Of a stretch of DNA of 64,000 bases, positions 38,501 through 46,508 are shown one piece after another. This stretch comes from a virus: IMG/VR virus record IMGVR_UViG_3300044911_002386, positions 64,001 through 128,000 of that record, one strand, 5' to 3'. Position numbers and translations under genes: made by a program. The first letter of the stretch is position 1; the number at the start of each line of letters is the position of its first letter. The notes under the pieces are model-generated. The model was not told the origin of the DNA and did not search any database. It saw only the letters and a list, made by a program, of their open reading frames with translations.

Positions 38501-39925
38501 CCGCGGTACATACTTAATCTTGCCGCCAACTAGTGCCGCAACCATCGGAAGATCTGACTTGTCTTCACCGGGGAACATCAGCGGCATGTCCGTAAGTTCT
38601 TGCGGCGTTTTGTATTCGGTTTTCCCGGTGTTTGCATTCCGCACCGGGATTACGAACGTATGTAAGTTTTTCCCGCTTTTTCGTGCCCCGGCGGCAAAGC
38701 GCATGTCCACGCCGACCTTGCCAGATTCCGGCGTACGCAAATAGTCAATGAATCCGAAATGGCTTGGCTGCACCGAGCGCGATTCGGCCGGGATGGCGTC
38801 CATGCTGCCGATCCCGCCTTCGCCGAGCCGGGTGACGCGCGTTTGGTGGTCAAAGATTTCGGCCGGGTTGATTTCTTCAAGACTTGATCCAAGGCCGGAC
38901 CCTAAAAGAGCGGCCTGAATCGACTTATTGAACACGCCAGTCGGAATGTGGTCTAAAGATTTTTTTGCCGTGGCTTTCCAGAGCAGTTGCCGCAGCACCG
39001 AGCGGTCTTTAACGAAACGCTCTGCCAGCAGGTCCTCGGGGCCGAACACAGACTGAAACGCCATGCTGTCTCGATCGTCCGAGTCCGCCTCTTTGCGATT
39101 AACGGCAATCAGTTTTTTCGTGATGTCGAGAATGGCGTCAGGCGTTAAATTTTTGTACGGCTTGCCCAGCGTTCGACTAGTGACTTCTTCGTCGAACTCT
39201 GTTTTGTTGAACTCAGTGGCAATAGCCTTGATCTTCGCCAGTTCATCCGCTTTCGGATCTGGCGAGTACACAAGGCGCTGATAAAGTTTGTCGAGTGTTC
39301 CGGCGTCACCTTGCTGCATGTTGACAGCAGTGATCTCGTTACCCCAGGTATCACGCAGTTGTTTGTCTGTGACACCAAGAGTTTTCAAAAGCGGCATCAG
39401 CGGAATCTGCGCCTGCCCAATTTGAATTTTGAACACACCAGTTTGCGGGTCTAAGTAGTACCGGTGCGAACGGCCTTTACCTGGAAGCGTGTTAACGTGG
39501 GCCTCTAACTCGCCGTTGTCTTTTTGTCTGGTAAACACGCCGGGACGCAAACGTAATTGATGAGCCAGCGTGTATTCGACGCCCTTGTTCACGAATGTGC
39601 CGGAGTCCGTTAAGTACGGCACACTGGCTAACGTGACGGGCCGATTGGCGACGGGCGTATTCGTCTTGTTATCCGTCAGCGTCCATGTGCCACGGAGTTT
39701 TCGCGACAGGTTGCCGCGTGTAAGCACAGCACGCTTTTGATCGGCTTTGGTAAACGCTTCCGGGCCGTCGTACGCTACGTCGTTTAATTGCAGCGTGTAC
39801 AGATCGTTTTTAATTGGCTCGATGCTCTGTGCACTCTGCAAAGCATTGTTAAAAATGCTTTGACGCAAAGCGGGAACATCGCCAAATTCGCGGGGCTGTT
39901 CTTGAGGCGCGTTTAAGGGCAGCAC
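35552..39925 (-). CDS. rpoB: Phage RNA polymerase: beta fused to N-terminal half of beta-prime (catalytic)
   Basis: Beta motifs QLRLRPGVF, RSVQPSHFGFID..RTPESGKVG, GKNYEDAI, GDKLTGRYGDKGVI, MKLHH, KRVGMLE. Beta' motifs KGGLFD, VPVIPPAFRP, GRAVI, NRAPVLH and active-site GADFDGD (35822-35842). GTG start with GGAGG RBS. Confidence 0.95.
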   Translation of the reverse strand: MLPLNAPQEQPREFGDVPALRQSIFNNALQSAQSIEPIKNDLYTLQLNDVAYDGPEAFTKADQKRAVLTRGNLSRKLRGTWTLTDNKTNTPVANRPVTLASVPYLTDSGTFVNKGVEYTLAHQLRLRPGVFTRQKDNGELEAHVNTLPGKGRSHRYYLDPQTGVFKIQIGQAQIPLMPLLKTLGVTDKQLRDTWGNEITAVNMQQGDAGTLDKLYQRLVYSPDPKADELAKIKAIATEFNKTEFDEEVTSRTLGKPYKNLTPDAILDITKKLIAVNRKEADSDDRDSMAFQSVFGPEDLLAERFVKDRSVLRQLLWKATAKKSLDHIPTGVFNKSIQAALLGSGLGSSLEEINPAEIFDHQTRVTRLGEGGIGSMDAIPAESRSVQPSHFGFIDYLRTPESGKVGVDMRFAAGARKSGKNLHTFVIPVRNANTGKTEYKTPQELTDMPLMFPGEDKSDLPMVAALVGGKIKYVPRKDAQYTVPNMDNTFSALTNMVPMKSMVKGQRVIMGARMFTQALPLVNAEAPLVQSATNDDENISHEDLIGAKMGTVKADEPAEVLQVTPDNIVLRLRDGTKKTVDLYNDMPFNRKTFWTQKAAVQPGDVIKPGQIIATSNFTDKSGAAALGMNMRVAYVPFRGKNYEDAIVISESAAKRLTSEHMYQNEAEWDDNTHVGKKAFVSLFPSEYDKKLLDNFDDQGAIKKGTTVNFGDPLVLVAKKKEQVYGKVHRGRAGSFSNDTLTWDHHSPGIVTDVEHTKKGVSVVVKSQAQMESGDKLTGRYGDKGVIAEVVPDNQMPHDKDGNPFEVLVSPLGLISRVNPAQIIEAALGKVAAKTGKPYKIKDFDSEKDLVEFAQQELAKHGLSDTEEVINPESGHKIPGILTGQRFFMKLHHTAESKGQGRAMAGYTAEGTPAKGGSEGAKRVGMLELGALLSHGAGKVIRDAKMVRGQANPEYWSQFMAGYDAPLPKVPHVYEKFVNQLKGAGINTVRTGTKTHIMAMTDKDAAALTGDRELKSAETVDWKGNLKPIKGGLFDESLTGGHGGSRWAKITLQEPMPNPVMEEPIRRVLGLTEKKFLGILAGREQLGDATGPKAIQQALASINLPKAIEQAREDIKSGRKTVRDEAVRRLGFLKSAESTNIHPKDWMINQVPVIPPAFRPVSTMGPKKLPLVDNPNYLYKELFDANSTLKEASGALSDYGDERLAVYNSMKGVTGLGAPTNPKNVEKNVQGFLAKIFGDSPKFGTMQRKLLSSTVDLVGRAVITPNSDLDMDEVALPEEKAWDIYKPFVIRGLVRRGLPRMQALQAVEDKNKAAFDELNTQMNAKPIVINRAPVLHRYGVMAFKPRLTKNKVMEVNPVITKGFGADFDGDAMQYHVPSTNEAAKEALDKMLPSKNLFSTSSFKAHYVPNKDYQTGLYLASSRINQRSKPRVFKSKLEAVAAYRRGEINVDTPVHIVEDK

Positions 39926-39928
39926 GGC

Positions 39929-40951
39929 TTACCTCCCTGAAAGGGCGGCGAGTGCGTCCGGATCTACGTACGGCGTTTGATTCAGTTCCTGCAGGCGGGC
40001 TTTCGAGTTGCGTGCCCGCATTAAATTCTCCGCCTTGGTGCGTGACTTTGTCTGGTCATACATGTACTTTGCCCCGAGTGCGCCGGTGCCAAGTGCAGTT
40101 AACAAAGCGGCGGTCCACGCATTGTTGCCAGTTTCTTGTACGGTACGTGCGGCGGCAATCCCTGCATTTTCAAGTGCTCCGGGCCCGCCTGGTTTGCTCA
40201 AACCCAACCCCTGCGACATACGAGAGAAAAAGCCCGGAGGTGCCGGTGGTGCTTCGGCTTGCTTCATACAGGCGTAAACATTGTCAAGTTCCGCCGCTTC
40301 TTTGCCGGTTAACGCATTAAAGTAAGCACGGCGAGCCGTTTCGACTTCGTCTTCAATATCTTTTTTACGCTTATCAGCCGACATCGAGTTAACAAGTTGC
40401 ATGCCGCCGTAGCCACCGCCCATCGCCGCAATAATGTTCGCGGCTTGCCGCCAGCCGTGCTGTGCAGTATTTAGACTCGGTGGTGCATTTGGGTCAAAAG
40501 TCGGCCAGATGGCAGAAGGGATAAATTGCGTCGGGATTAAATTTTTCGACAGCGATTCTTGAAAGTTCGCCATTAGTCCGCCGGCAGACGCATCCGCGGC
40601 TAACTTAAATGACGGCATCGTCATATTTTTCGGCAGCCAACTGGTCTCTTGTTTTTTGGCTACTTGTTTCCGTTTACTGATTTTTTGCTTTTTTTGCGGG
40701 GCCGCTTCGGGAGACGGGTTGTGCAGCAGTCCTTGTAACTCAGACAACTGCGAAGAACCAGCACCATTAATAAGGTGATACAGTGCCGTACCACCAGCAC
40801 CAAGCCCAAGCCCCCAGAGAGCGCTATTTATTAACTCTTTACCGTATTGCTGGTGATACGGCCGCGCGGCTTCCGAGTCGGCCGGCACGCCTACGTTAAA
40901 TTTTGCACCTTCGGCGTACTCGGCCAAATTTTCAGCGTGTTTCGTAGTCAT
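39929..40951 (-). CDS. Glycine-zipper putative internal virion protein
   Basis: TKHA, FKLAA, GKEAA and MKQAE motifs; three Gly-rich hydrophobic segments (ALWGLGLGAGG, AAMGGGYGG, LLTALGTGALG). Confidence 0.75.
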   Translation of the reverse strand: MTTKHAENLAEYAEGAKFNVGVPADSEAARPYHQQYGKELINSALWGLGLGAGGTALYHLINGAGSSQLSELQGLLHNPSPEAAPQKKQKISKRKQVAKKQETSWLPKNMTMPSFKLAADASAGGLMANFQESLSKNLIPTQFIPSAIWPTFDPNAPPSLNTAQHGWRQAANIIAAMGGGYGGMQLVNSMSADKRKKDIEDEVETARRAYFNALTGKEAAELDNVYACMKQAEAPPAPPGFFSRMSQGLGLSKPGGPGALENAGIAAARTVQETGNNAWTAALLTALGTGALGAKYMYDQTKSRTKAENLMRARNSKARLQELNQTPYVDPDALAALSGR

Positions 40952-40954
40952 GCA

Positions 40955-41308
40955 TCAACTCTTTTTTGTTGGCAACATTCCGTATACCTGGAACCACTCT
41001 AACCAGACGCGGTAATGATTATTTTCCTCGTCCCAGTGGTCGCTGCGTTTAAGCAGCCTATACCAGCCGTTTACTATTTTATCGTTTATCTCGTCAAACT
41101 CTGCTTTTTGCTTTTCGTCCCACAAAACAAACATTTTTGACTTAAAGTCGTACTGCAGTTCAAGATTTTCAACCTCATCCTGCTTAAGATTTCCAAGTGC
41201 AGCATCACTACCAATAACCGGAAAACCGTCCATCGTGCCCGGCCAATTCAGAGCATGCTGCCCGTGCTGGCCGCCACCAACTTCTGCGTGATATTTACGC
41301 GTGCTCAT
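40955..41308 (-). CDS. Hypothetical protein (117 aa)
   Basis: Coupled ORF, AGGAG RBS. Confidence 0.75.
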   Translation of the reverse strand: MSTRKYHAEVGGGQHGQHALNWPGTMDGFPVIGSDAALGNLKQDEVENLELQYDFKSKMFVLWDEKQKAEFDEINDKIVNGWYRLLKRSDHWDEENNHYRVWLEWFQVYGMLPTKKS

Positions 41309-41697
41309 ATGCTCCTGCTTTGTCGGTATTTCTGTGCTTTCCGGTTAGCTTTAGCCCGGGCAGCGTAGATCTTGTAGGTGTCCGCAAGTTCCATAGCTTT
41401 AATGTCATCGGCTGAGATGTCGGGTTCTGTAACCCGTGCCGCGCCGTAACCAAGGCCAGCACCTATGCCCAGCCCGGCGGCAGCTGGCAGACCAAGTGCT
41501 GTACCCGTCACGCCAGGTGCCTGGCTCGCAAGCCCAATACCACCGCCAAGTAACAGCGTCGGTAAAATGTAGTTCATGTAGGCTTTTTTCTCAGCTGCCA
41601 GTTTAATGCGCTGCTGTAGTTGATCGCCGTTTAGACCCTCTTCGGCGCAGCGGGTAATGAACCCGAGCCGAAAAGCCTCGTTAGGGGTCATGTCCAT
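41305..41697 (-). CDS. Glycine-zipper small protein
   Basis: EAFRLGF...IKLAAEKKAY followed by LLLGGGIGLA...AAGLGIGAGLGYGAA. Confidence 0.75.
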   Translation of the reverse strand: MDMTPNEAFRLGFITRCAEEGLNGDQLQQRIKLAAEKKAYMNYILPTLLLGGGIGLASQAPGVTGTALGLPAAAGLGIGAGLGYGAARVTEPDISADDIKAMELADTYKIYAARAKANRKAQKYRQSRSI

Positions 41698-41698
41698 A

Positions 41699-42193
41699 TT
41701 AAAAATCTCCCGGCAAAATCAGTTTCTTTGGTGCGGATTGCCCGGCAGTAAAGTCCGGGGTTACGTGCTTTCCAGTATCTTTCCCGATCGGTAAAACACC
41801 GGGCAGTGCCGTATTAAAATTAGCACCGCTGGCCAAAGATATCTTACTCTTTTTGCCGGGGCGATGTCGCCTAAACCACTCGTCGACTACAGGGTCATTT
41901 CGGTCTCCCTGCTCGCGGGCCTCCTGGGTGCAGGCCACCATATTATCAATAGCCTGCTGTAAATCCATGCGATCCGCGGAAAGCCAGGAAGCTTTACTCG
42001 GGTTTGTGGCGGCAATGTGCCGCAGTCGCTTGGCTTCGTCGCTCAGTGCCTGCGCTCGCAAAAGAAACTCTTTGCGGGTTAGCACAAAAAAATCGCCGGT
42101 GTCTTCGTCATGAAGACAAACAAAGCCGTTCTGAGCGTAGAACTTTAACCCCCGGAAAGTGTAACACTTTCCAGTAATTTTCTGGACAGACAT
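41699..42193 (-). CDS. Hypothetical protein (164 aa)
   Basis: AAGGA RBS; coupled to neighbours. Confidence 0.75.
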   Translation of the reverse strand: MSVQKITGKCYTFRGLKFYAQNGFVCLHDEDTGDFFVLTRKEFLLRAQALSDEAKRLRHIAATNPSKASWLSADRMDLQQAIDNMVACTQEAREQGDRNDPVVDEWFRRHRPGKKSKISLASGANFNTALPGVLPIGKDTGKHVTPDFTAGQSAPKKLILPGDF

Positions 42194-42202
42194 GTAATTT
42201 CC

Positions 42203-42526
42203 TTACTGGGCGTCAGCCGAAACACTTCTAGCGGGCCAGCCTTTTCCGGGTGCCGTTAGTTTTTCCGCCGGGGCGTCAATAGCCCGCATGCCCGTGCGGT
42301 TTTCGCAGTCGGGGCATTTTGTCCAACCCTGGCCATCGCCAGATCGGACCCGGCCTGTGCCGTTACATGTCTTACAGTCTTTTGTGTCCGGCTTTGGTGC
42401 CGTATCCGGCGCGACGTGAATCAAAGACGCATAAGCGGCCTCGGCTGCCACTGCGGGAACAAAGTTTGGGTCGGCCGGCGCCGCCGCAGTAAAAAGGCTT
42501 AATAACCAAAAAAGCCAGTTAAACAT
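42203..42526 (-). CDS. Exported protein with DnaJ-type Zn-finger
   Basis: Start moved to ATG 42526 (GAGG RBS); signal-like MFNWLFWLLSLFTAAA; CKTCNGTG...GDG...CPDC. Confidence 0.7.
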   Translation of the reverse strand: MFNWLFWLLSLFTAAAPADPNFVPAVAAEAAYASLIHVAPDTAPKPDTKDCKTCNGTGRVRSGDGQGWTKCPDCENRTGMRAIDAPAEKLTAPGKGWPARSVSADAQ

Positions 42527-42536
42527 AAAAACCTCG

Positions 42537-43562
42537 TTAAATGTTGCCGCGAGCGCCGTAGCTCTTGAGTTTCTTAGGCGGCCAACCGGCCGCACCAGAC
42601 ACCGCAATCATGTCGCGATTCTTGATGTCCGACCATCGCGACCAAAATGAGCCGACGGGAATACTGATGTTTGTACCGTAAATAATTCTCGGACCATCGT
42701 TCCAATCACCCCAAGAATTTTGGACCAGCACCAGCGGTTCTTTGTAGAGTTTAATAATTTCCGGCCGGTCGTCTACAGCGATATACGCCATCGCGTGCGC
42801 CCATTGTTTTGTGCGGCGGCTGACGCCATTAGCGTCACGATTTGATTCAAAGCCCTCACTACCGCACGAGCTAATCCCATAACCGTTCGCCAGCATGTCG
42901 CGGAGTTCTTCATATGTATGAAGCACTGTCGCTGTGCGGATAAGATGATCTTTGCCGATTTGCCGCCACGCTTCCGGCGGCGTTTTATTGCCATACAGCC
43001 CCGCGTTACGCGAACTGTAACGGGTCAGATCTACACCAATTTCGTCATACTTTTTTCGCAGCCACATGCCGCTGTCGTTCATCGCGACTTTAACAGCGTC
43101 AGAGCAGAACCAACCGTCGCCGGAGTGCCGGCGCCAATTATAAAATGCTTCCGTGCTCAACACGCCGTTTAAGCGTGCCTCGTCACTAACCTCGGGTGCA
43201 CCCTCAAGCCGGCCTGAAACTTCGTCAGGCTGCCCACTTGTGATGTCTGTGCACATCGTGGTTAAGCACGCGTTACGCGTCGACCAACTTACGCAGTCGC
43301 CGCGCCCCTGTGCTCCGCCCGGCAAACAGTCCGGGTACAGTTTAAGAATTTCAAGAAACGTCAGGCTGAGTTTGTCTTTACCTGAGTCTTCCAGGCCAAA
43401 GGTAGAGCACGCCATGGCTCCGTCGGGAAGGCCGCCCGCAGCAGCAATTTCTGCCTGAAGCTGGGCTGTTTTTTCGGGATCGCATAATGCACCCAAAAAG
43501 CCCGCTTCATATGCTGCCACAACGTCATAGACGTTTGCAAACAACTTCTCTTCGAAAGCCAT
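42537..43562 (-). CDS. Papain-like cysteine protease (C1 family)
   Basis: QGRGDCVSWS (oxyanion Q, catalytic C), WAHAM (H), VQNSWG (N). Confidence 0.88.
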   Translation of the reverse strand: MAFEEKLFANVYDVVAAYEAGFLGALCDPEKTAQLQAEIAAAGGLPDGAMACSTFGLEDSGKDKLSLTFLEILKLYPDCLPGGAQGRGDCVSWSTRNACLTTMCTDITSGQPDEVSGRLEGAPEVSDEARLNGVLSTEAFYNWRRHSGDGWFCSDAVKVAMNDSGMWLRKKYDEIGVDLTRYSSRNAGLYGNKTPPEAWRQIGKDHLIRTATVLHTYEELRDMLANGYGISSCGSEGFESNRDANGVSRRTKQWAHAMAYIAVDDRPEIIKLYKEPLVLVQNSWGDWNDGPRIIYGTNISIPVGSFWSRWSDIKNRDMIAVSGAAGWPPKKLKSYGARGNI

Positions 43563-43577
43563 GGCGTCTCTCCAAAA

Positions 43578-44090
43578 TCAAGCGTCAGCGTCAGGGGTGA
43601 CTTCCGGTTCCGGCGTTACTTCCGGTTCCGGCGTTACTTCCGGTTCCGGCGTTACTTCCGGTGCTGCTTTTTCGCCAACCAGCGTGATCACAAAACCACC
43701 AGGCTGGCCCGGCGGCAGCGTGTCTACCGCTACGAAGCGGTGAAATGCCGGTACCGACGAGTTACCCGCATCGTCAACGTCGACGAGCGTTAAGACAACC
43801 TCAGCGTTCTGCGGAACAGTTACTGTGCCGAGATCAACCGAGTTGCCAGCAAAAGAAGTCGCACCCTTGTTTTCACCGTTAACGTCAACAGAGAAAACGC
43901 GTGTTACTACGTCAGAATCGGTCGGCGGTGCTACGACAACCGCATATGTTAAAAGATCTGCCATGTATTCTCTCCTTACTTGGATACAACGTAAATACTG
44001 CGGGGCCACGGGCGGTTCTTGTCCTCGCAGTATAAGGACAAGCCACGCAACTAAACATACTACAACAAAAAGTGTAAACAACGAAGGCAT
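43578..44090 (-). CDS. Membrane-anchored Ig/FnIII-like protein with PEVTPE repeats
   Basis: N-terminal TM helix; VDVDDAGNSS...DTLPPGQPG FnIII/Ig-like ending; internal ATG at 43964 with AAGGAGAG RBS. Confidence 0.7.
   Translation of the reverse strand: MPSLFTLFVVVCLVAWLVLILRGQEPPVAPQYLRCIQVRREYMADLLTYAVVVAPPTDSDVVTRVFSVDVNGENKGATSFAGNSVDLGTVTVPQNAEVVLTLVDVDDAGNSSVPAFHRFVAVDTLPPGQPGGFVITLVGEKAAPEVTPEPEVTPEPEVTPEPEVTPDADA
43600..43662. repeat. 18-bp tandem repeat x3.5 (PEVTPE)
   Basis: acttccggttccggcgtt repeated. Confidence 0.9.
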
Positions 44091-44527
44091 TATTTGGCCG
44101 AGTTAATGATGACGTCGCACGCTTCAACAATCTTTGAGCGCGTCTGTTCGTTGCCCGGCAGCACGTCGTCTGTTCCGAGCGTGGTCAAAAATACTTGCTC
44201 AATTGCCTCATCTAATCCTGGATACTTATTCACCTGTGTGATTGCGAGTTGCAGCGTGTTCTCCTGCAGATCGCTCCACTGCTCGGTCGTTACGACGCGC
44301 TTGCCGGCATCGCGATTAACGACAGCCCGTAATGCTTTGTATATGCCGCGAACGTCCGCCTTGTCAGCAGCTGCAGCGTCGGCAAGCAATTTTTGGATTG
44401 TCGGATCAGTCTTGTCAGTGCTGCTGTCTTCGACAACAACCGGCGCCTGCTGATATGTGCCGCGAATATACGGCTCAGCAAACGAGGCCAACAGTACTAG
44501 ACCGGCCAACCAAACTAACCTTTTCAT
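44090..44527 (-). CDS. Exported / membrane-anchored protein
   Basis: MKRLVWLAGLVLLASFA signal peptide-like; helical remainder. Confidence 0.75.
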   Translation of the reverse strand: MKRLVWLAGLVLLASFAEPYIRGTYQQAPVVVEDSSTDKTDPTIQKLLADAAAADKADVRGIYKALRAVVNRDAGKRVVTTEQWSDLQENTLQLAITQVNKYPGLDEAIEQVFLTTLGTDDVLPGNEQTRSKIVEACDVIINSAK

Positions 44528-44802
44528 ACAACACCTTTCGACGGTTGCTTGTGCTCAACAATAACGCGAAGAAGATTCGTGCACGCCTCAACGCCTTCGG
44601 GGCAGTCTTCGGCAGAAAGTTTATCGCGCAGGTTTGTAACCGCAACGATATCGTTAACGAGCATAACGGCGATCGATTGCTGTACTTCCGGTGCCCTCTC
44701 TGCACCGACAGTTTTAGTCAGCAACGACGCAATCTGCTGTCGGTATGCCGCCAGCATTACAGCAACAAACACTACACTCGCTACTATTTGAAACGCAGTC
44801 AT
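44524..44802 (-). CDS. Small single-TM protein
   Basis: N-terminal TM helix IVASVVFVAVMLAAY; GGAGG RBS. Confidence 0.75.
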   Translation of the reverse strand: MTAFQIVASVVFVAVMLAAYRQQIASLLTKTVGAERAPEVQQSIAVMLVNDIVAVTNLRDKLSAEDCPEGVEACTNLLRVIVEHKQPSKGVV

Positions 44803-44828
44803 AGGTTACCTCCAAAACAGTTATTCTA

Positions 44829-45650
44829 TCAAGTTTGCGGCACGAGCACGTACGGCCGCCCATTAATGACTAATGTACCGTGAATATGCGGCGCAGCGTC
44901 TTTTGTAATTGCGTATTTTTCTTTACGCTTACCGTATAGTTTGACAATTTCTTTAATGTCGCCCTTTTGTGGGCCAGTTACATTTGGATCGTAATAAGGC
45001 GCCATTAAATTGCCAGAATTTAAATGTGGCAAACCAAGCGCGTGCCCAAGTTCGTGGCAGATCACCGCTACGGCCATATTAAATGACCACGGCTCGGCCT
45101 CGTCGAACATCTGATCTAATTGCACGTTTTCAGTTACGCCGCACGGTAATTCGCTCCAGGCCAGCGTGCCGCCCTTGTTATCTAATCCGCTAGCACGGCC
45201 AACGCCTGATCGAGCATAAATGTTTGCTTTATCTGAGCCGTCAACGCGGGTCGGCTCAATATCGCAAACTTCGGCCCACTGCGAAAAAGCAATGTCGTAC
45301 GCTTCTTTAACCTGCTCGTCTGTTACGCCTGGAAGCGTAATGTCGTGATAGTACGTAATCTTTTTATGCAGCCACTTGCACGGAGCACCGCCAGGCGCCG
45401 TCAGATTAAAATCTGGTAGCCCGCATCGCGGCCTGTGAATGCGACTAGCAGTGCGTGGCTCAACGGCGCCGGTCGGCTCCAGGCCGTTAAACTCCTGATA
45501 GGCTTTTACAGCCCGCGATAAATCGGCCCCGCGAATTGTCTTAACCTTCGCCCACGGTGTTTCACCAAAGTAACCAAGGTCAAAGAGTTTTTTCAGTGTT
45601 TCATTAGCGGAGAGAATTTCGTTTTTTTGTTTTTTTGGCGTCCTTGCCAT
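44829..45650 (-). CDS. Matrixin (M10 metalloprotease) with peptidoglycan-binding-like prodomain
   Basis: PGBD-like AVKAYQEFNGLEPTG; cysteine switch PRCGLPD; zinc motif HELGHALGLPH; Met-turn LMAPYY. Confidence 0.92.
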   Translation of the reverse strand: MARTPKKQKNEILSANETLKKLFDLGYFGETPWAKVKTIRGADLSRAVKAYQEFNGLEPTGAVEPRTASRIHRPRCGLPDFNLTAPGGAPCKWLHKKITYYHDITLPGVTDEQVKEAYDIAFSQWAEVCDIEPTRVDGSDKANIYARSGVGRASGLDNKGGTLAWSELPCGVTENVQLDQMFDEAEPWSFNMAVAVICHELGHALGLPHLNSGNLMAPYYDPNVTGPQKGDIKEIVKLYGKRKEKYAITKDAAPHIHGTLVINGRPYVLVPQT

Positions 45651-45662
45651 ACTGTGTCACCT

Positions 45663-46067
45663 TTATTGTTCTTTCGCTAGTTCGATTAATTCGTCCAGCG
45701 TGGCGTCATCAGCCGACTCGCCCAGTTCGTAAAGTGCCGTCAAAATAGGGTTAGCGTCGTGCCGGCTGTCCTGTTTGTCCGCACAACAGTCGCGCCACAA
45801 AAGGTTTGCCCGGCGCCGCAAACGAATTAGTTTGCGGGCGGGCAACGATCGAATGTCTTTGATGTCTTGTTTAATCTCGTCGGGTTTTCGCAACTCTCGG
45901 CAGTAATAGATAATCTGCAGCATCAACGAAATAATCGCGAGTACCAAAAGCGGGTCGAACTGAACTGAGTTGTCAGCCCGAAACACCAACTCGTTTGTAA
46001 GTCGATCCCGCAGTGCCGACAAACGCGGCGAAGCATCGACCCGCTTTTGGAGATCTCCGTTTGTCAT
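45663..46067 (-). CDS. Single-TM hypothetical protein
   Basis: FDPLLVLAIISLMLQIIYYC hydrophobic helix. Confidence 0.72.
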   Translation of the reverse strand: MTNGDLQKRVDASPRLSALRDRLTNELVFRADNSVQFDPLLVLAIISLMLQIIYYCRELRKPDEIKQDIKDIRSLPARKLIRLRRRANLLWRDCCADKQDSRHDANPILTALYELGESADDATLDELIELAKEQ

Positions 46068-46068
46068 G

Positions 46069-46443
46069 TTATTGCTGTGCGGTCATCCGCATTTTTTCAA
46101 TGGTGGTCGCTTCCAAATAGTGGTAGCGATGGCTCAGGATAGTCGCCCGCAGTTGATTGCGGTTCGACAGATACTTCCACACCAATGCCGCGTTCACAAC
46201 AATGACCTGCGTCGCACCCACGACGGCGGTCAACGCCTGCGTCAGCTCAGCAGCTGTTGTGTTGCTGACCCAGCCAATAAGCACAGCCACAGCCACAAGA
46301 TTAGCCACAGCCGAACCAGCCATTGTCCAAAAATCAGACGACATCCAGTTTCCAACGCCCGTTTCGGCGGTGTTGTTGGCCGCCTCATTTAACATCCGCA
46401 TTTCTTCGCGGACAGTATCAACGCTTACTTTACGTGTCGACAT
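46069..46443 (-). CDS. Holin-like membrane protein
   Basis: Two TM helices after SSDFW, basic C-terminus; AGGAGG RBS; first gene of the protease/membrane cassette. Confidence 0.55.
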   Translation of the reverse strand: MSTRKVSVDTVREEMRMLNEAANNTAETGVGNWMSSDFWTMAGSAVANLVAVAVLIGWVSNTTAAELTQALTAVVGATQVIVVNAALVWKYLSNRNQLRATILSHRYHYLEATTIEKMRMTAQQ

Positions 46444-46508
46444 AGAGCCTCCTAGAGTAAAAGCACAACACTATATTGTGCCTTAACAGTTACAAATTCG
46501 CAAGCACG

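Noticed and set aside
32779-39925. Host chromosomal rpoBC operon or pseudogene
   Set aside because: No ribosomal-protein neighbours, extreme divergence, intact catalytic Asp residues, clean coupled ORFs and a phage structural context.
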